A stretch of DNA of 64,000 nt from an uncultured cyanobacterium (GTDB lineage Bacteria > Cyanobacteriota > Cyanobacteriia > Cyanobacteriales > CAWCAG01). Numbering within the stretch: the stretch's first letter is position 1; the number at the start of each line of letters is the position of its first letter. The stretch covers positions 672,001 to 736,000 of the forward strand of contig CAWCAG010000005.1 in assembly GCA_963793425.1 (NCBI GenBank), written 5' to 3'. Both the position numbers and the translations under genes were made by a program. Shown here piece by piece: positions 48,636 to 60,993 of the stretch. The notes beneath the pieces were generated by a model that made no database searches, had not been told where the DNA came from, and saw only the letters and a program-made list of their open reading frames with translations.

Positions 48636-49799
48636 ATGGCTGAAAAAACTTACGGTTGGATAGAGCGATCGCTTTCCACAATCCATCAAGCTAATTGGTA
48701 TCGAACTGTTCGCCCCATTAAAGGTTGTACAGGGGCTATGGTGGAGTTAGAAGGACAATCAGTAATTAACTTTGCCAGTAATGATTACTTAGGGTTAGCA
48801 AGAGACAAAAGGCTGATAGAAGCTGCGGTGGCAGCAACCCAGGAATTTGGTACTGGTAGTACAGGTTCACGGTTACTAAGTGGACATCGGCAACTACATC
48901 AACAATTAGAAGAGGGAATCGCCTCTCTGAAACAAACAGAAGCCGCTTTAGTATTTAGTTCCGGCTATTTAGCCAACTTAGGAACCATCGTTGCTATAGT
49001 CGGGCAACGAGATTTAATTCTCAGCGATAACTATAACCACTCTAGTTTAAAAAACGGCGCTCTTTTAAGTGGGGCTAAGGTAATAGAATATAAACACTGC
49101 GATGTCCTTGACTTAAAAACCAAGCTGCAAGAACATCGCCATCAATATCGCCGTTGTTTAATTATCAGTGATAGCGTCTTCAGCATGGATGGGGACTTAT
49201 GCCCCCTACCAAAAATATTGAGTTTAGCAGAAGCCGAAAATTCTATGGTTTTGGTAGATGAGGCCCACGCCACAGGAGTCATGGGGGCAAGAGGGGCAGG
49301 TTGCGTAGAACATTTTGACTGCACAAACCACGAATTGATTCAGATTGGCACTTTAAGTAAAGCCTTGGGAAGTTTGGGAGGCTACGTAGCTGGTTCAGCG
49401 AATTTAATCGATTTTCTCAAAAATCGCGCCCCTAGCTGGATTTATACCACTGCCCTTTCTCCTGCCGATAGTGCTGCTGCCCTTGCTGCTATCAAAATTG
49501 TTCAAACAGAACCCCAACGCCGGAATAAATTATGGTGTAATGTCAAGCAATTAAAAGAAAACTTAACTCAAAACCCAAAATTTTCTCTCTTAGCTTCAGA
49601 TTCACCAATCATCTGCCTAGAATTAGCCAGTGCAACTCAAGCTTTAGCTCTGGCGAAAAAACTCCAAGAAAATGGCATTTTTGCCCCTGCCATTCGCCCT
49701 CCCACAGTACCAACTAGCCGCATTCGCTTTTCTTTGATGACAACCCATGCCCCAGAACATTTGCAGAAGTTGGTTACAGTTCTTAATCAGATAAAGTAG
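48636..49799 (+). CDS. bioF: 8-amino-7-oxononanoate synthase
   Basis: [43 protein letters not shown]48636 preferred. Confidence 0.93.
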   Translation: MAEKTYGWIERSLSTIHQANWYRTVRPIKGCTGAMVELEGQSVINFASNDYLGLARDKRLIEAAVAATQEFGTGSTGSRLLSGHRQLHQQLEEGIASLKQTEAALVFSSGYLANLGTIVAIVGQRDLILSDNYNHSSLKNGALLSGAKVIEYKHCDVLDLKTKLQEHRHQYRRCLIISDSVFSMDGDLCPLPKILSLAEAENSMVLVDEAHATGVMGARGAGCVEHFDCTNHELIQIGTLSKALGSLGGYVAGSANLIDFLKNRAPSWIYTTALSPADSAAALAAIKIVQTEPQRRNKLWCNVKQLKENLTQNPKFSLLASDSPIICLELASATQALALAKKLQENGIFAPAIRPPTVPTSRIRFSLMTTHAPEHLQKLVTVLNQIK

Positions 49800-49816
49800 T
49801 GAAAACGATCTAAAAG

Positions 49817-50275
49817 TTATTCGTCATCCAGATACTTCGACTCAAGTTCCTCTTTCTCTCGCTTAAAACTTTCTTCCAATTCCTGCATTTGTTCTTCACG
49901 GGTTTCTATTTCCAAGAGACGGCGAGTTAAATCTTGGTTTTTCAAGGTTAATTCCTGCCGCCATTCTTCAATCTTGGTTTTCTCTGCTTCCATTGAGCCA
50001 GAAGAGGCTGTATTATTGCCAAGAAATTGATTTACTAAACCTAAAACCCAATCTTGCGCTTCTTCAGCGCTAATAATTGTTCCATCCTCTTTTAGATCCA
50101 CCAATACCAAATTACCTTCCCCTATCATAGGCCCTTCGGTAAGACTTTCTTCTAAAAGACTAACTGGTTTTTCATCGCCCAATGACCATTTACCATCAGC
50201 TTCCTGACGAGCAAGAATTTGTAATTCCATCTTGCCTGAAATGGTATTTTTTTGCACTTTTGCTAGGTGTAACAT
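49817..50275 (-). CDS. Conserved cyanobacterial protein with C-terminal coiled coil
   Basis: MLHLAKVQK...EEWRQELTLKNQDLTRRLLEIETREEQ. Confidence 0.75.
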   Translation of the reverse strand: MLHLAKVQKNTISGKMELQILARQEADGKWSLGDEKPVSLLEESLTEGPMIGEGNLVLVDLKEDGTIISAEEAQDWVLGLVNQFLGNNTASSGSMEAEKTKIEEWRQELTLKNQDLTRRLLEIETREEQMQELEESFKREKEELESKYLDDE

Positions 50276-50400
50276 TTAATTTGTCAGTGGTCAGTGGTCA
50301 GTGGGTTAGAGGCTGTGAGTTAAGCATTTTGAGCTTATAAATGAGCGGAATAGCAAGTTTAAACCGACAACCTGTAACCTGCAAATAGTGACAAAAAATT

Positions 50401-53400
50401 TTACTGCAAACGCTCTAGGCGTTTGTGTAAAATTTCTGATTGTTTTTTTGCTTCTGCTAGATTATCCCTTGCACCTTGCACCACATCAGGAGGGGCTTGG
50501 TTAATAAAGCCAGGATTGTTGAGACGACTAGTGAGAGATTTTATCTCTTTGTCCAATTTACTCAAGTTTTTCTCTAGCTTAGCTTGTAAGACTTCCACAT
50601 CAACAATATCAGTCAAGGGTATCAGTACCTGTACAGTGCCAACAACCCCAACGATGGCTTTTTGGACTTCTTGGTTAGTTTCTTGGGTAATTGTTAATAA
50701 TTCTACTTTTCCTAAATCTTGAATGTAGTCTTGGCCTGCTGTTAATATACTTTCTTCAGTGAGACTGTCGCTTTGTAAAATAACAGGCGTTTTTTGATTT
50801 GGTTTAATATCTGCTTCTGCACGTAGGTTGCGAATTATCCCCACTACCCCAAAAATCAGTTCAAAGGCTTCTTCTAAATTAATTTTGCTAGAGGGGCTAT
50901 CTTCAATGTTAGCAACCTCAGAAGAATTAGCTGCTAAAGAAGAAGTAGCCTTAACTTCTTTCTTTTTGAGTTGAGGTGAGGCTTTAAAATCGACATTCCC
51001 AAGAATTTGTTCTACCAAATTTCCAGATATTTTCTTTACCTCTTGGCGAGTTTGGGATTTTAATAAATAGCGAATAGCAAACCAAATTGTGTAACCAACA
51101 CCAATTAGTTCAAAGGTTGGTAATACCAAAGGAATTTTGTTGATGTTGTTTAATGCCCCTCCTATGGCTTGTAGGGCAATAATGGTTACAGCAGCTAAAC
51201 CTAACCAAACAAGGGGTTTTTGATAGTTACCAAAGATTTTAGCTGAGGTAGTGGGGAACTCAGCCAGAAAATTCATTACCTCGTTACTAATTTGTTTGAA
51301 ATCGCTTCCTAAAGGTTGAGAAGGAGAAACGTTTTTTTCTGATGTGCTTGTAACCCCAACTTGATATGGGGCTAAAGATAAGGTAGCAATATCTGCCAAA
51401 TCAATTGCCCCAACTTCTGGATAAGCTTGCAGGGCTAAAGTATCTCCTTCTTTTTGGGTTAAGGTATGCCAAATTTCTTCGGTAATATGAGGCATGAAAG
51501 GATGAAGTAATTTGAGGATGCCTTCTAAAACATAGGCTAGAGTTTGTTGGGCAACCCGGCGAGAAATTGGTGCAGTATCCTCTCTTAAGCGGGGTTTAAC
51601 CAATTCTATGTACCAGTCGCAAAAATCTCCCCAAATGAACTCATAAACTCCTTTAGCAGCTTCTCCTAAACCATAATCATCGAGATATTCCCTGGTTTGC
51701 TTAACGACTTTATCAAAGCGAGTTAAAATCCAGCGATCGCTTAGTTCCAAAGCCTCTATTTTGGGCATTCCCAAGGCTTCAGGATTTTCCCCTTCAAGGT
51801 TCAACATCACAAACCTTGAAGCATTCCAAAGTTTGTTAGCAAAGTTACGAGATGCTTCCACAGAAGCTGATTCGCTCTTTTCCCGGTCATATTCTAAGCG
51901 AATATCCTGCCCTGCCCCCGCCACTTCTTTAATCAAGGTATAACGGAGGGCATCTGTACCATATTTATCAATTAGTAGTAGGGGATCAATACCATTACCG
52001 GCACTTTTTGACATCTTCTTGCCATTTTCATCCCGAACCAAACCGTGGATGTAAATATCCCCAAAAGGTATTTTCCCTGTAAAATGACCAGACATCATCG
52101 TCATCCGGGCTACCCAGAAAAAGATAATATCAAAACCCGTCACCATAATAGAATTAGGGAAATAGGCTTGAAAATCTGCTGTTTCTTCAGGCCAACCTAA
52201 AGTAGAAAAAGGCCATAAACCAGAGGAAAACCAAGTATCAAGAACATCAGGATCTTGCTGAATTTGTACCTCTTCTCCAAACTTGGCAACCGCTTTTTCT
52301 TTCGCTTCTTCTTCGTTATCTGCAACTACAAAAGGTGTCTCATCGGTGATTTCCCCTGCGGTTTCACTAACAGCATACCAAGCCGGAATTTGATGTCCCC
52401 ACCACAGTTGCCGCGAAATACACCAATCTTTTAATTTTACTAACCAATCCCGATAAACTTTGGCCCAACGTTCTGGGATAAAATGGGGCGCACCTTCATT
52501 ATCTAAACTAGCTAAAGCTTTGTCGGCTAAAGGACGAATCTTCACAAACCACTGAGTAGAAAGTAATGGTTCGATGGGAACTTTGCCGCGATCGCTATAA
52601 GGGACAGCATGATGATAGTCTTCTACCCTAACTAAAAAGCCTTCCTCTTCCAACTGCTTAACAACATTCTTCCTAGCCTCAAAGCGATCTTGTCCCACAA
52701 AGTGACCAGCATTCTCATTAAGGCTACCATCCTTGTTGAGAATATTAATAAACTCCAGTTGATGACGCTTGCCCATTTCAAAATCGTTGGGATCATGGGC
52801 AGGGGTTACTTTAACGCAGCCTGTACCAAATTCTTTATCTACCAACTCATCAGCAAAAATGGGAATTTCTCGACCCACAATTGGTAAAATCACTGTTTGA
52901 CCAATCAAATCTTGATAGCGTTCATCCTCTGGGTTAACAGCAATTCCTGTATCCCCCAACATCGTTTCTGGTCTTGTCGTTGCCACTTCTACATAGCTTT
53001 CACTATCTTTAAGGGGATAACGCAAATGCCAAAGATGCCCATCAACTTGCTTATTTTCTACCTCAATATCAGAAACCGCTGACTGGGAAGCAGGACACCA
53101 GTTAACCATATACTTCCCACGATAGATTAGCCCTTCTTCGTAGAGTTGGAAAAAGGCTTTCCTAACGGTTTTCGATATGCCTTCATCAAGGGTAAAACGT
53201 TGTCGTGACCAATCAGCAGAAAGACCCAAACGTTTTAATTGATTAGCAATATTATCACCAGATTCTTGCTTACATTGCCAAGCAAGCTTGAGGAATTCTT
53301 CTCGCCCCAGATCATAGCGAGTTTTTCCTTCTTCCCTTAAGCGCCTCTCAATTACCGCGTGTACAGCTATACTGGCATGATCAGTTCCTGGCAGACACAA

Positions 53401-53640
53401 AGTATTTTGTCCTAGCATCCTGTGGTAACGTACCAAGGTATCAATCAAAGCAGCTTCAAAAGCGTGTCCCATGTGCAAGCTACCTGTCACATTAGGAGGA
53501 GGGATAACAATGCTATAGGGTTGATCTTTATGTTGGGGATCGGCCTCAAAGACGCGATCTTCTTCCCAGTATTGTTGCCACTTCGCTTCAGCAGCGGTGG
53601 GGTCATATTTTTTGGGCAAGCTGGGTATATTTGCAGTCAT
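50401..53640 (-). CDS. valS: Valine--tRNA ligase with inserted CAAD membrane-anchor domain
   Basis: [29 protein letters not shown]; 1079 aa, with an extra ~175 aa containing two hydrophobic helices. Confidence 0.97.
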   Translation of the reverse strand: MTANIPSLPKKYDPTAAEAKWQQYWEEDRVFEADPQHKDQPYSIVIPPPNVTGSLHMGHAFEAALIDTLVRYHRMLGQNTLCLPGTDHASIAVHAVIERRLREEGKTRYDLGREEFLKLAWQCKQESGDNIANQLKRLGLSADWSRQRFTLDEGISKTVRKAFFQLYEEGLIYRGKYMVNWCPASQSAVSDIEVENKQVDGHLWHLRYPLKDSESYVEVATTRPETMLGDTGIAVNPEDERYQDLIGQTVILPIVGREIPIFADELVDKEFGTGCVKVTPAHDPNDFEMGKRHQLEFINILNKDGSLNENAGHFVGQDRFEARKNVVKQLEEEGFLVRVEDYHHAVPYSDRGKVPIEPLLSTQWFVKIRPLADKALASLDNEGAPHFIPERWAKVYRDWLVKLKDWCISRQLWWGHQIPAWYAVSETAGEITDETPFVVADNEEEAKEKAVAKFGEEVQIQQDPDVLDTWFSSGLWPFSTLGWPEETADFQAYFPNSIMVTGFDIIFFWVARMTMMSGHFTGKIPFGDIYIHGLVRDENGKKMSKSAGNGIDPLLLIDKYGTDALRYTLIKEVAGAGQDIRLEYDREKSESASVEASRNFANKLWNASRFVMLNLEGENPEALGMPKIEALELSDRWILTRFDKVVKQTREYLDDYGLGEAAKGVYEFIWGDFCDWYIELVKPRLREDTAPISRRVAQQTLAYVLEGILKLLHPFMPHITEEIWHTLTQKEGDTLALQAYPEVGAIDLADIATLSLAPYQVGVTSTSEKNVSPSQPLGSDFKQISNEVMNFLAEFPTTSAKIFGNYQKPLVWLGLAAVTIIALQAIGGALNNINKIPLVLPTFELIGVGYTIWFAIRYLLKSQTRQEVKKISGNLVEQILGNVDFKASPQLKKKEVKATSSLAANSSEVANIEDSPSSKINLEEAFELIFGVVGIIRNLRAEADIKPNQKTPVILQSDSLTEESILTAGQDYIQDLGKVELLTITQETNQEVQKAIVGVVGTVQVLIPLTDIVDVEVLQAKLEKNLSKLDKEIKSLTSRLNNPGFINQAPPDVVQGARDNLAEAKKQSEILHKRLERLQ

Positions 53641-53936
53641 AGAAAGAATCGTACTGACAGAAGCAGAAGTCTTATGTTCTTTTCAAATTTTGCCACACTG
53701 ACCTACGCTTTTACTCATTACTCTAAGGGCTATTTAAGATGTTTCCTCTTTTGACTGTCAACTTCAAGCTCTAATTTTGTGCTTTTTTGATGAAAACAGA
53801 ATAGTGAAATCTGCTCAACTTCTACAGCCTTTATTTTCTAGCACCAGGATTATTTGTAACCTAAAATCTGTAAATTTTTGTAAAGAAGAGGGAACTTTCC
53901 TTAGACAAGAAAGGAATAAGGGGTTTCTCTAGCTAA

Positions 53937-54551
53937 TTAATTTCCGCAAACATCTTTAACAAAAGAACTGATTACAGTCAAAACTTCGGGCAGAATTTCA
54001 TGCCCCATCTCAAACTCACGATAATCTACTTGCACTCCTAATTTATTTAATTCATCTCTAGCTTGTTGGGCTAGTTTTAGGGGTACAACTTGGTCTTGTT
54101 TACCATGAACAATCAATACAGGAGGATTACTTTCCCCATCTTGGGGAGGAGAGTGAAGATAACCGCTTAAACTGCAAATACCGGCTAAAGGCAAACTCAA
54201 TCCTACATCTAAAGCCATAGCTCCTCCTTGAGAAAAGCCAGCTAAGATAGTTTGAGAAAGAGAAATACCCGTCAATGCTTCTAATGATAAAAGCCAATCT
54301 CTTAACTTTTGGCGACTTTCCGGTAAACCCAAATAGTCTGACTTTTCTAGAGCATACCAAGCCTTTCCGCCTGGGGCTTGAGGATGAGGAAAGGGGGCAT
54401 CCGGAAAAACCATTTGGTAATCCGGAAGTTGTAACATGGGCGCTAAAGAAGCTAAATCTCTAGAATTTGCTCCCCAACCATGCAAGCCAACTAGCAAATG
54501 AGTAGGAGATTTTCCAGATGTAGGTTTGAGTTTAATTGCTTGTAAAGACAG
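53937..54551 (-). CDS. Alpha/beta hydrolase (phospholipase/carboxylesterase)
   Basis: LHGWG, GFSQGG nucleophile, HGKQD, MGHEI. Frame extended to CTG54551 behind a GGAG. Confidence 0.88.
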   Translation of the reverse strand: MSLQAIKLKPTSGKSPTHLLVGLHGWGANSRDLASLAPMLQLPDYQMVFPDAPFPHPQAPGGKAWYALEKSDYLGLPESRQKLRDWLLSLEALTGISLSQTILAGFSQGGAMALDVGLSLPLAGICSLSGYLHSPPQDGESNPPVLIVHGKQDQVVPLKLAQQARDELNKLGVQVDYREFEMGHEILPEVLTVISSFVKDVCGN

Positions 54552-54854
54552 AATTTTTCTCCGGAAAATATAACGGTTTAATCAGTAATTTTAGGGGGTT
54601 AGGAAAGTTATTAGTAACCTTGAGATCAACTTCACAAAAAGCATCATTAACAATAACTAACTTCTCATAATTTCTTTAATTTTAAAGATTTCATGTAGAT
54701 TAACCCAATTAGCTATTTTGGTCGTGGCGGTTAACAATAGTTATTTGTTATCTTTGCCTAGGGTAGTAATCCCTACAAACAGCTTTTATTTTCATAATTT
54801 TCAGTTCATTAATTGGCTCATTGTATCTCTACAAAGTTTTAGGAGAAAACTATC

Positions 54855-55253
54855 ATGGTAATGTCTCAAGAAGTTGCTCAGGCTAAACCTGTATCTTTCC
54901 CTTCCCTTGGCACTCCCACAGAAACCCGTCCTTGGGGTTCTTTTACTACTTTAGAAGAAGGTAATGGCTACAAAATCAAACGCATAGAAGTAAAGCCAGG
55001 GCATCGCCTTAGCTTGCAAATGCACCATCACCGTAGTGAGCATTGGATTGTTGTTTCTGGTACAGCTAAGGTTGTTTGTGGAGACACTGAAGAAATTTTA
55101 GCAAGTAATCAATCAACCTATGTTCCCCAATGTACTTCCCATCGGTTAGAAAATCCTGGGGTAATTAATTTAGTGTTAATTGAAGTCCAAAATGGCGAAT
55201 ACTTAGGAGAAGACGATATCATTCGTTTTCAAGATGATTATGCCCGTAAGTAA
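54855..55253 (+). CDS. Cupin protein, type II phosphomannose isomerase C-terminal-like
   Basis: RPWG, LSLQMHHHRSEHW, HRLEN, IEVQNGEYLGEDDIIRF. Confidence 0.92.
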   Translation: MVMSQEVAQAKPVSFPSLGTPTETRPWGSFTTLEEGNGYKIKRIEVKPGHRLSLQMHHHRSEHWIVVSGTAKVVCGDTEEILASNQSTYVPQCTSHRLENPGVINLVLIEVQNGEYLGEDDIIRFQDDYARK

Positions 55254-55348
55254 TTATTGATATTTCCTTTGATTTGGCTTATCCCTGCTTGAAAGACAGG
55301 GGTTTGCGCCTTCCCGGATTTACCTGCAAAATTCCGAATTAACTTGCC

Positions 55349-55678
55349 ATGATTGAGCTTAGTTCAGCAGCTAGAAAAGAAATAAAAAGATTGCAAGTAA
55401 CCCGCCATCAAGTTAATAGCAACTTGCGTTTAGGAGTCAAGTCTGGAGGTTGTGCCGATTTTTCTTACACCCTTGATTTTGCTGAAACAGTGAACCCAGA
55501 GGATAGTATTTGGGAAACTGATGGCATCTCTATCGTCGTAGAAAATCAGAGTCAGCCCTACCTTCAAAACTTAACTTTAGATTTTACAGAAGATTTAATG
55601 GGGGGAGGTTTTCGCTTTCATAATCCTCTAGCTTCTAACACCTGCGATTGTGGCTATTCCTTCTCAGCTAAAGTCTAG
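55349..55678 (+). CDS. HesB/IscA family Fe-S cluster assembly accessory protein
   Basis: GGCAD, LDF, NP...CDCGYSF. Confidence 0.9.
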   Translation: MIELSSAARKEIKRLQVTRHQVNSNLRLGVKSGGCADFSYTLDFAETVNPEDSIWETDGISIVVENQSQPYLQNLTLDFTEDLMGGGFRFHNPLASNTCDCGYSFSAKV

Positions 55679-55781
55679 AATTTTATCTCGTCGATTTTAT
55701 TGACATAGATGGTTTTAGCTTCTATGATTAGAGTTTGTCAACTATGGCAAATCCATGACTATCCTGGCTACACATTAACTC

Positions 55782-56153
55782 ATGCCCACTATTCAACAAC
55801 TTATTAGAGACGAAAGATCCAAAGCCAAAAAGAAAACTAAATCCCCTGCCCTCAAGCAATGTCCTCAGCGCCGTGGAGTTTGTACAAGAGTTTACACAAC
55901 CACACCCAAAAAACCAAATTCAGCATTGCGTAAAGTGGCTAGGGTTCGTTTAACTTCAGGCTTTGAAGTTACTTCTTATATTCCAGGCATTGGTCATAAC
56001 TTGCAAGAACACTCTGTAGTATTAATACGCGGTGGCAGGGTCAAAGATTTACCTGGAGTTAGATACCACATCATTCGCGGAACCCTAGATGCTACTGGGG
56101 TTAAAGATCGCCGTCAAAGCCGTTCCAAGTATGGCGCTAAGAAGCCAAAATAG
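55782..56153 (+). CDS. rpsL: 30S ribosomal protein S12
   Basis: [27 protein letters not shown]. Confidence 0.99.
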   Translation: MPTIQQLIRDERSKAKKKTKSPALKQCPQRRGVCTRVYTTTPKKPNSALRKVARVRLTSGFEVTSYIPGIGHNLQEHSVVLIRGGRVKDLPGVRYHIIRGTLDATGVKDRRQSRSKYGAKKPK

Positions 56154-56391
56154 ATCCTAATAATCAGCTTCGACTCGTGTTTAATTGAAATTGATATAGC
56201 GAAGCCGAAATATAATGCTGTGATAGTTTTCAGCACTCTATTATTGCTGTTATAAAAAAGGAAATACTGCTTTCTAGCGCTTTATGCAATAGCAATACAG
56301 CGCAATTCCCATAAGCAAATTGGCTAAAGTCTAAATAACTAATTTGGTTACAAAAATAGAGAATCAGCAATCTTAAGGATAAATAGTTACT

Positions 56392-56862
56392 ATGTCTCGT
56401 CGCACAGTTATCAAAAAGCGTCCCGTTCCACCCGACCCAGTTTATAATAGCCGTTTAGTTAGTATGACTGTGCGGCGAATTATGAGCGATGGGAAGAAAT
56501 CTCTCGCTTCCAGGCTCTTTTATGATGCCATGAAAATCATTGAAGAGCGTACAGGCAGTGAACCTCTAGAAACTTTTGAAAAAGCCATCAAAAATCTCAC
56601 ACCTTTGGTAGAAGTCAAAGCTCGTCGTGTAGGTGGTGCAACCTATCAAGTGCCAATGGAAGTACGTCAAGGTAGAGGAACCACCTTAGCATTGCGATGG
56701 TTAGTTAAATTTTCCAGAGCTAGAAGCGGTCGTACTATGGCTATCAAGCTTGCTAACGAAATCATGGATGCGGCTAACGAAACAGGTTCTGCTATTCGCA
56801 AAAGAGAAGAAACTCATCGTATGGCCGAAGCAAACAAAGCCTTTGCTCACTACCGTTATTAG
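56392..56862 (+). CDS. rpsG: 30S ribosomal protein S7
   Basis: [25 protein letters not shown]. Confidence 0.99.
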   Translation: MSRRTVIKKRPVPPDPVYNSRLVSMTVRRIMSDGKKSLASRLFYDAMKIIEERTGSEPLETFEKAIKNLTPLVEVKARRVGGATYQVPMEVRQGRGTTLALRWLVKFSRARSGRTMAIKLANEIMDAANETGSAIRKREETHRMAEANKAFAHYRY

Positions 56863-57062
56863 TGCTTAATGCAGATAAGTTGGTTTTAGGTAAATAAAGG
56901 CAATTGATGAGGTGAGCAGAACCATGAGCAACCTCTAAAAACTTTGATTGCTAAAACTAACTACAAAATAGTACAAAGCATTATAAAAAAGTATAGAATT
57001 GTAAAAAGTGTAAATATATAGCAACATAGAAATAATTTTTCTGCTATACGAAGGAGGAAACT

Positions 57063-59138
57063 GTGGCACGTACCATCCCGCTGGATAAAGTACGCAACAT
57101 CGGAATTGCTGCTCACATAGATGCGGGCAAGACAACAACAACAGAGCGAATTCTCTTCTATTCAGGGATTGTTCACAAGATCGGTGAAGTTCATGACGGT
57201 ACAGCCGTTACCGACTGGATGGAGCAAGAGCGGGAGCGTGGTATTACAATTACTGCCGCAGCCATTAGCACAAACTGGCGCGACCATAGAGTCAACATTA
57301 TTGATACACCAGGACACGTTGATTTCACCATTGAAGTTGAGCGCTCCATGCGTGTGTTAGATGGCGTTATTGCTGTGTTTTGCTCTGTAGGAGGAGTACA
57401 GCCTCAATCTGAAACTGTTTGGCGACAAGCAGATAGATACAAAGTACCTCGCATTGCTTTTGTGAATAAAATGGATCGCACTGGTGCGAACTTCTTTAAA
57501 GTTCATGAGCAAGTCAGAGAACGCCTGAGAGCCAACCCTGTAGCGATTCAAATACCCATCGGTAGTGAGAATAACTTCCAAGGAATTGTCGATTTAGTTC
57601 GGATGCGGGCAAAAATCTATCAAGACGATATTGGTCAGGAAATTGAAGATACTGAAATTCCTGAAGATATCTTAGAAGTAGCTAAAGAATATCGCACTAA
57701 GCTAATTGAAGCCGCAGCAGAGGCAGATGAAGAGCTACTAGAGAAATACCTAGAAGGGGAAGAATTCTCTGAAGAGGAAATCATGACCGCCTTGCGTAAA
57801 GGAACGGTAGAAGGCTCTATTATGCCCTTTCTCTGTGGTTCAGCCTTTAAAAATAAAGGAGTTCAACTACTACTAGATGCTGTCATTGACTACTTACCTG
57901 CTCCTACAGAAGTGCCTCCTATTAAAGGGACTTTACTCGATGGCACAGAAGTGGTTAGGCGCTCAAGTGATGAAGAACCTTTTTCAGCTTTGGCTTTCAA
58001 AATTTCTTCTGATAAGTATGGGCGAATGACTTTTTTGAGAGTCTATTCTGGGATACTAGCAAAAGGCAGCTATGTCTATAACTCTACAAACGATGAAAAA
58101 GAAAGAATCTCTCGCTTAATCATACTTAAGTCCAATGATCGCATTGATGTAGATGAATTGCGTGCAGGAGATTTAGGTGCAGCATTAGGCTTGAAAAAGA
58201 CCATTACTGGGGATACCCTTTGTGATGAAGATAACGCTGTAATTCTTGAATCTCTCTATATTCCTGAGCCAGTAATTTCAGTTGCTGTGGAGCCGAAAAC
58301 CAAGCAAGACATGGATAAGCTTTCCAAAGCTCTCCAATCTCTTTCTGACGAGGATCCTACCTTCCGTGTCAGCATTGACTCAGAAACAAACCAAACTGTA
58401 ATCGCTGGCATGGGAGAGTTACACCTAGAAATTCTGGTGGATAGAATGTTACGGGAATTCAAGGTTGAAGCCAACGTTGGGCAACCTCAAGTAGCTTACC
58501 GAGAAACCATTCGTCAGCCTACCAAAGCCGAAGGTAAATTTATCCGTCAAAGTGGCGGTAAAGGTCAGTACGGTCATGTGGTGCTAGAAGTGGAACCAGC
58601 AGAAACAGGCAAAGGATTTGAGTTTGTTTCTAAAATTGTCGGCGGTGCTATCCCCAGAGAGTACATTTCTTCTGTAGAGAATGGCATCAAAGAATCTTGT
58701 GAATCAGGTATCCTAGCAGGGTATCCTGTCATTGACCTCAAAGTAACTTTGGTAGATGGGTCTTACCACGAGGTAGACTCTTCGGAAATGGCCTTCAAAA
58801 TTGCCGGTTCAATGGGCATTCAGAATGCTGTTAAAAAAGCATCTCCTGTTCTATTAGAGCCAATGATGAAAGTCGAAGTTGAAGTCCCCGAAGACTTCCT
58901 TGGAGATGTGATCGGTGACCTCAACTCCAGGAGAGGACAAGTCGAAGGAATGAACTCCGAAGATGGCTTAGCAAAAGTTTCCAGTAAGGTTCCCTTAGCT
59001 GAGATGTTTGGTTATGCCACAGATATTCGGTCAAAAACCCAAGGTCGAGGTATATTCTCAATGGAGTTCAGTAACTACGATGAAGTTCCTCGCAATGTCG
59101 CAGAAGCGATCATTGCCAAAACTAAAGGGAACGCATAA
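57063..59138 (+). CDS. fusA: Elongation factor G
   Basis: [29 protein letters not shown]. Confidence 0.99.
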   Translation: MARTIPLDKVRNIGIAAHIDAGKTTTTERILFYSGIVHKIGEVHDGTAVTDWMEQERERGITITAAAISTNWRDHRVNIIDTPGHVDFTIEVERSMRVLDGVIAVFCSVGGVQPQSETVWRQADRYKVPRIAFVNKMDRTGANFFKVHEQVRERLRANPVAIQIPIGSENNFQGIVDLVRMRAKIYQDDIGQEIEDTEIPEDILEVAKEYRTKLIEAAAEADEELLEKYLEGEEFSEEEIMTALRKGTVEGSIMPFLCGSAFKNKGVQLLLDAVIDYLPAPTEVPPIKGTLLDGTEVVRRSSDEEPFSALAFKISSDKYGRMTFLRVYSGILAKGSYVYNSTNDEKERISRLIILKSNDRIDVDELRAGDLGAALGLKKTITGDTLCDEDNAVILESLYIPEPVISVAVEPKTKQDMDKLSKALQSLSDEDPTFRVSIDSETNQTVIAGMGELHLEILVDRMLREFKVEANVGQPQVAYRETIRQPTKAEGKFIRQSGGKGQYGHVVLEVEPAETGKGFEFVSKIVGGAIPREYISSVENGIKESCESGILAGYPVIDLKVTLVDGSYHEVDSSEMAFKIAGSMGIQNAVKKASPVLLEPMMKVEVEVPEDFLGDVIGDLNSRRGQVEGMNSEDGLAKVSSKVPLAEMFGYATDIRSKTQGRGIFSMEFSNYDEVPRNVAEAIIAKTKGNA

Positions 59139-59162
59139 CTAGGAAAAGGAATAGTTAAATTA

Positions 59163-60392
59163 ATGGCACGCGCAAAGTTTGAACGGAATAAACCCCACGT
59201 AAATATTGGTACTATTGGTCACGTTGACCATGGTAAAACCACTCTGACAGCAGCAATTACTTTGAGTTTATCTGCTTTAGGTCAAGCTAAAGCTCAGAAC
59301 TATGAAGATATTGATGCTGCCCCAGAAGAAAAAGAACGGGGTATTACCATCAATACTGCTCACGTTGAGTATGAAACCGAAGACCGTCACTATGCTCACG
59401 TAGACTGTCCCGGTCACGCCGACTATGTGAAAAATATGATCACTGGTGCTGCCCAAATGGATGGAGCAATCCTAGTCGTTTCAGCAGCGGATGGTCCCAT
59501 GCCCCAAACCCGTGAGCATATTTTGCTAGCGAAGCAGGTAGGAGTTCCTAATCTAGTAGTTTTTCTCAACAAGCAAGATATGGTTGATGATGAAGAACTA
59601 CTGGAGTTGGTAGAATTAGAAGTCCGTGAGCTTTTGAGCGAATATGATTTTGATGGTGACGAAATCCCGATCGTCTCTGGTTCTGCTTTGCAAGCTGTAG
59701 AAGCTATGAAGTCTAACGCCGCCACCGCTAAAGGTGAGAATGAGTGGGTAGATAAAATTCACGCTCTAATGGCTGAGGTTGATGCTTATATTCCTACTCC
59801 TGAGCGGGATATAGACAAACCATTCTTGATGGCGGTTGAAGACGTATTCTCCATCACTGGTCGGGGAACCGTTGCGACAGGACGCATTGAGCGCGGTAAA
59901 GTTAAAGTTGGTGAAACCGTAGAACTAGTTGGTATTCGAGATACCCGCAGTACAACAGTAACTGGAGTAGAAATGTTCCAGAAAATCCTTGATGAAGGCT
60001 TAGCTGGAGATAACGTCGGAGTACTGTTGCGGGGTCTGCAAAAAGATGATATTGAGCGAGGCATGGTAATCGCTAAGCCTGGTTCAATTACTCCTCATAC
60101 CAAGTTTGAGTCTGAAGTCTACGTCCTTAAAAAAGATGAAGGCGGCCGTCATACTCCTTTCTTCAGCGGTTATCGTCCTCAGTTCTTCGTCAGAACCACT
60201 GATGTAACGGGTACAATTGAAGCCTTCACAGCTGATGATGGTAGTACAGCAGAAATGGTTATGCCAGGTGATCGCATTAAGATGACTGTACAGCTAATTA
60301 ACCCCATTGCTATTGAGCAAGGAATGCGCTTTGCTATTCGTGAAGGGGGTCGTACCATTGGTGCAGGAGTTGTCTCCAAAATTCTAGAATAG
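59163..60392 (+). CDS. tuf: Elongation factor Tu
   Basis: [20 protein letters not shown]. Confidence 0.99.
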   Translation: MARAKFERNKPHVNIGTIGHVDHGKTTLTAAITLSLSALGQAKAQNYEDIDAAPEEKERGITINTAHVEYETEDRHYAHVDCPGHADYVKNMITGAAQMDGAILVVSAADGPMPQTREHILLAKQVGVPNLVVFLNKQDMVDDEELLELVELEVRELLSEYDFDGDEIPIVSGSALQAVEAMKSNAATAKGENEWVDKIHALMAEVDAYIPTPERDIDKPFLMAVEDVFSITGRGTVATGRIERGKVKVGETVELVGIRDTRSTTVTGVEMFQKILDEGLAGDNVGVLLRGLQKDDIERGMVIAKPGSITPHTKFESEVYVLKKDEGGRHTPFFSGYRPQFFVRTTDVTGTIEAFTADDGSTAEMVMPGDRIKMTVQLINPIAIEQGMRFAIREGGRTIGAGVVSKILE

Positions 60393-60421
60393 TCATAACT
60401 TAACTCTTACCTAAAATTGAC

Positions 60422-60446
60422 AAAGGAGCGTCTTAGGCGCTCCTTT
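60422..60446 (+). terminator. Hairpin after tuf
   Basis: aaaggagcgtc-tta-ggcgctccttt. Confidence 0.7.
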
Positions 60447-60517
60447 ATTCTGTTATCATCAATGGGGACTTAAAGTCTCCTCAAGAAAAATTGAACACTG
60501 AACCTTGAAAATCAAAC

Positions 60518-60835
60518 ATGGCAACTATTCAACAACAGAAAATTCGCATTCGTCTTAAAGCTTTTGATCGCCGTCTTCTTGATACTTCTTGTGAGAAGAT
60601 TGTCGATACAGCTAATCGCACCAATGCCACAGCTATTGGACCAATCCCTTTACCAACTAAACGTCGTATCTACTGTTTATTACGTTCTCCCCACGTAGAC
60701 AAAGACTCGCGAGAACATTTTGAAACCCGTACCCATCGCCGTATTATTGATATTTATCAACCATCTTCTAAGACTATTGATGCTTTGATGAAACTTGACT
60801 TACCCGCCGGGGTAGATATTGAAGTTAAGCTTTAA
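60518..60835 (+). CDS. rpsJ: 30S ribosomal protein S10 (NusE)
   Basis: [28 protein letters not shown]. Confidence 0.99.
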   Translation: MATIQQQKIRIRLKAFDRRLLDTSCEKIVDTANRTNATAIGPIPLPTKRRIYCLLRSPHVDKDSREHFETRTHRRIIDIYQPSSKTIDALMKLDLPAGVDIEVKL

Positions 60836-60849
60836 CTTTATCAACAGAG

Positions 60850-60884
60850 GATCTTTTGGTTTTCTTAGTTGCAACCAAAGGATC
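60850..60884 (+). terminator. Hairpin after rpsJ
   Basis: gatcttttggtt...aaccaaaggatc. Confidence 0.55.
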
Positions 60885-60993
60885 AACTTTGTAACTAAAG
60901 TGATAAATTTAAGCATAATTGTTTTTTAAGTATAAGCTGACCATCAAGAAATCCGCTAAAGTATAAGAAACATACTGTTTTGCATAAGAAATA

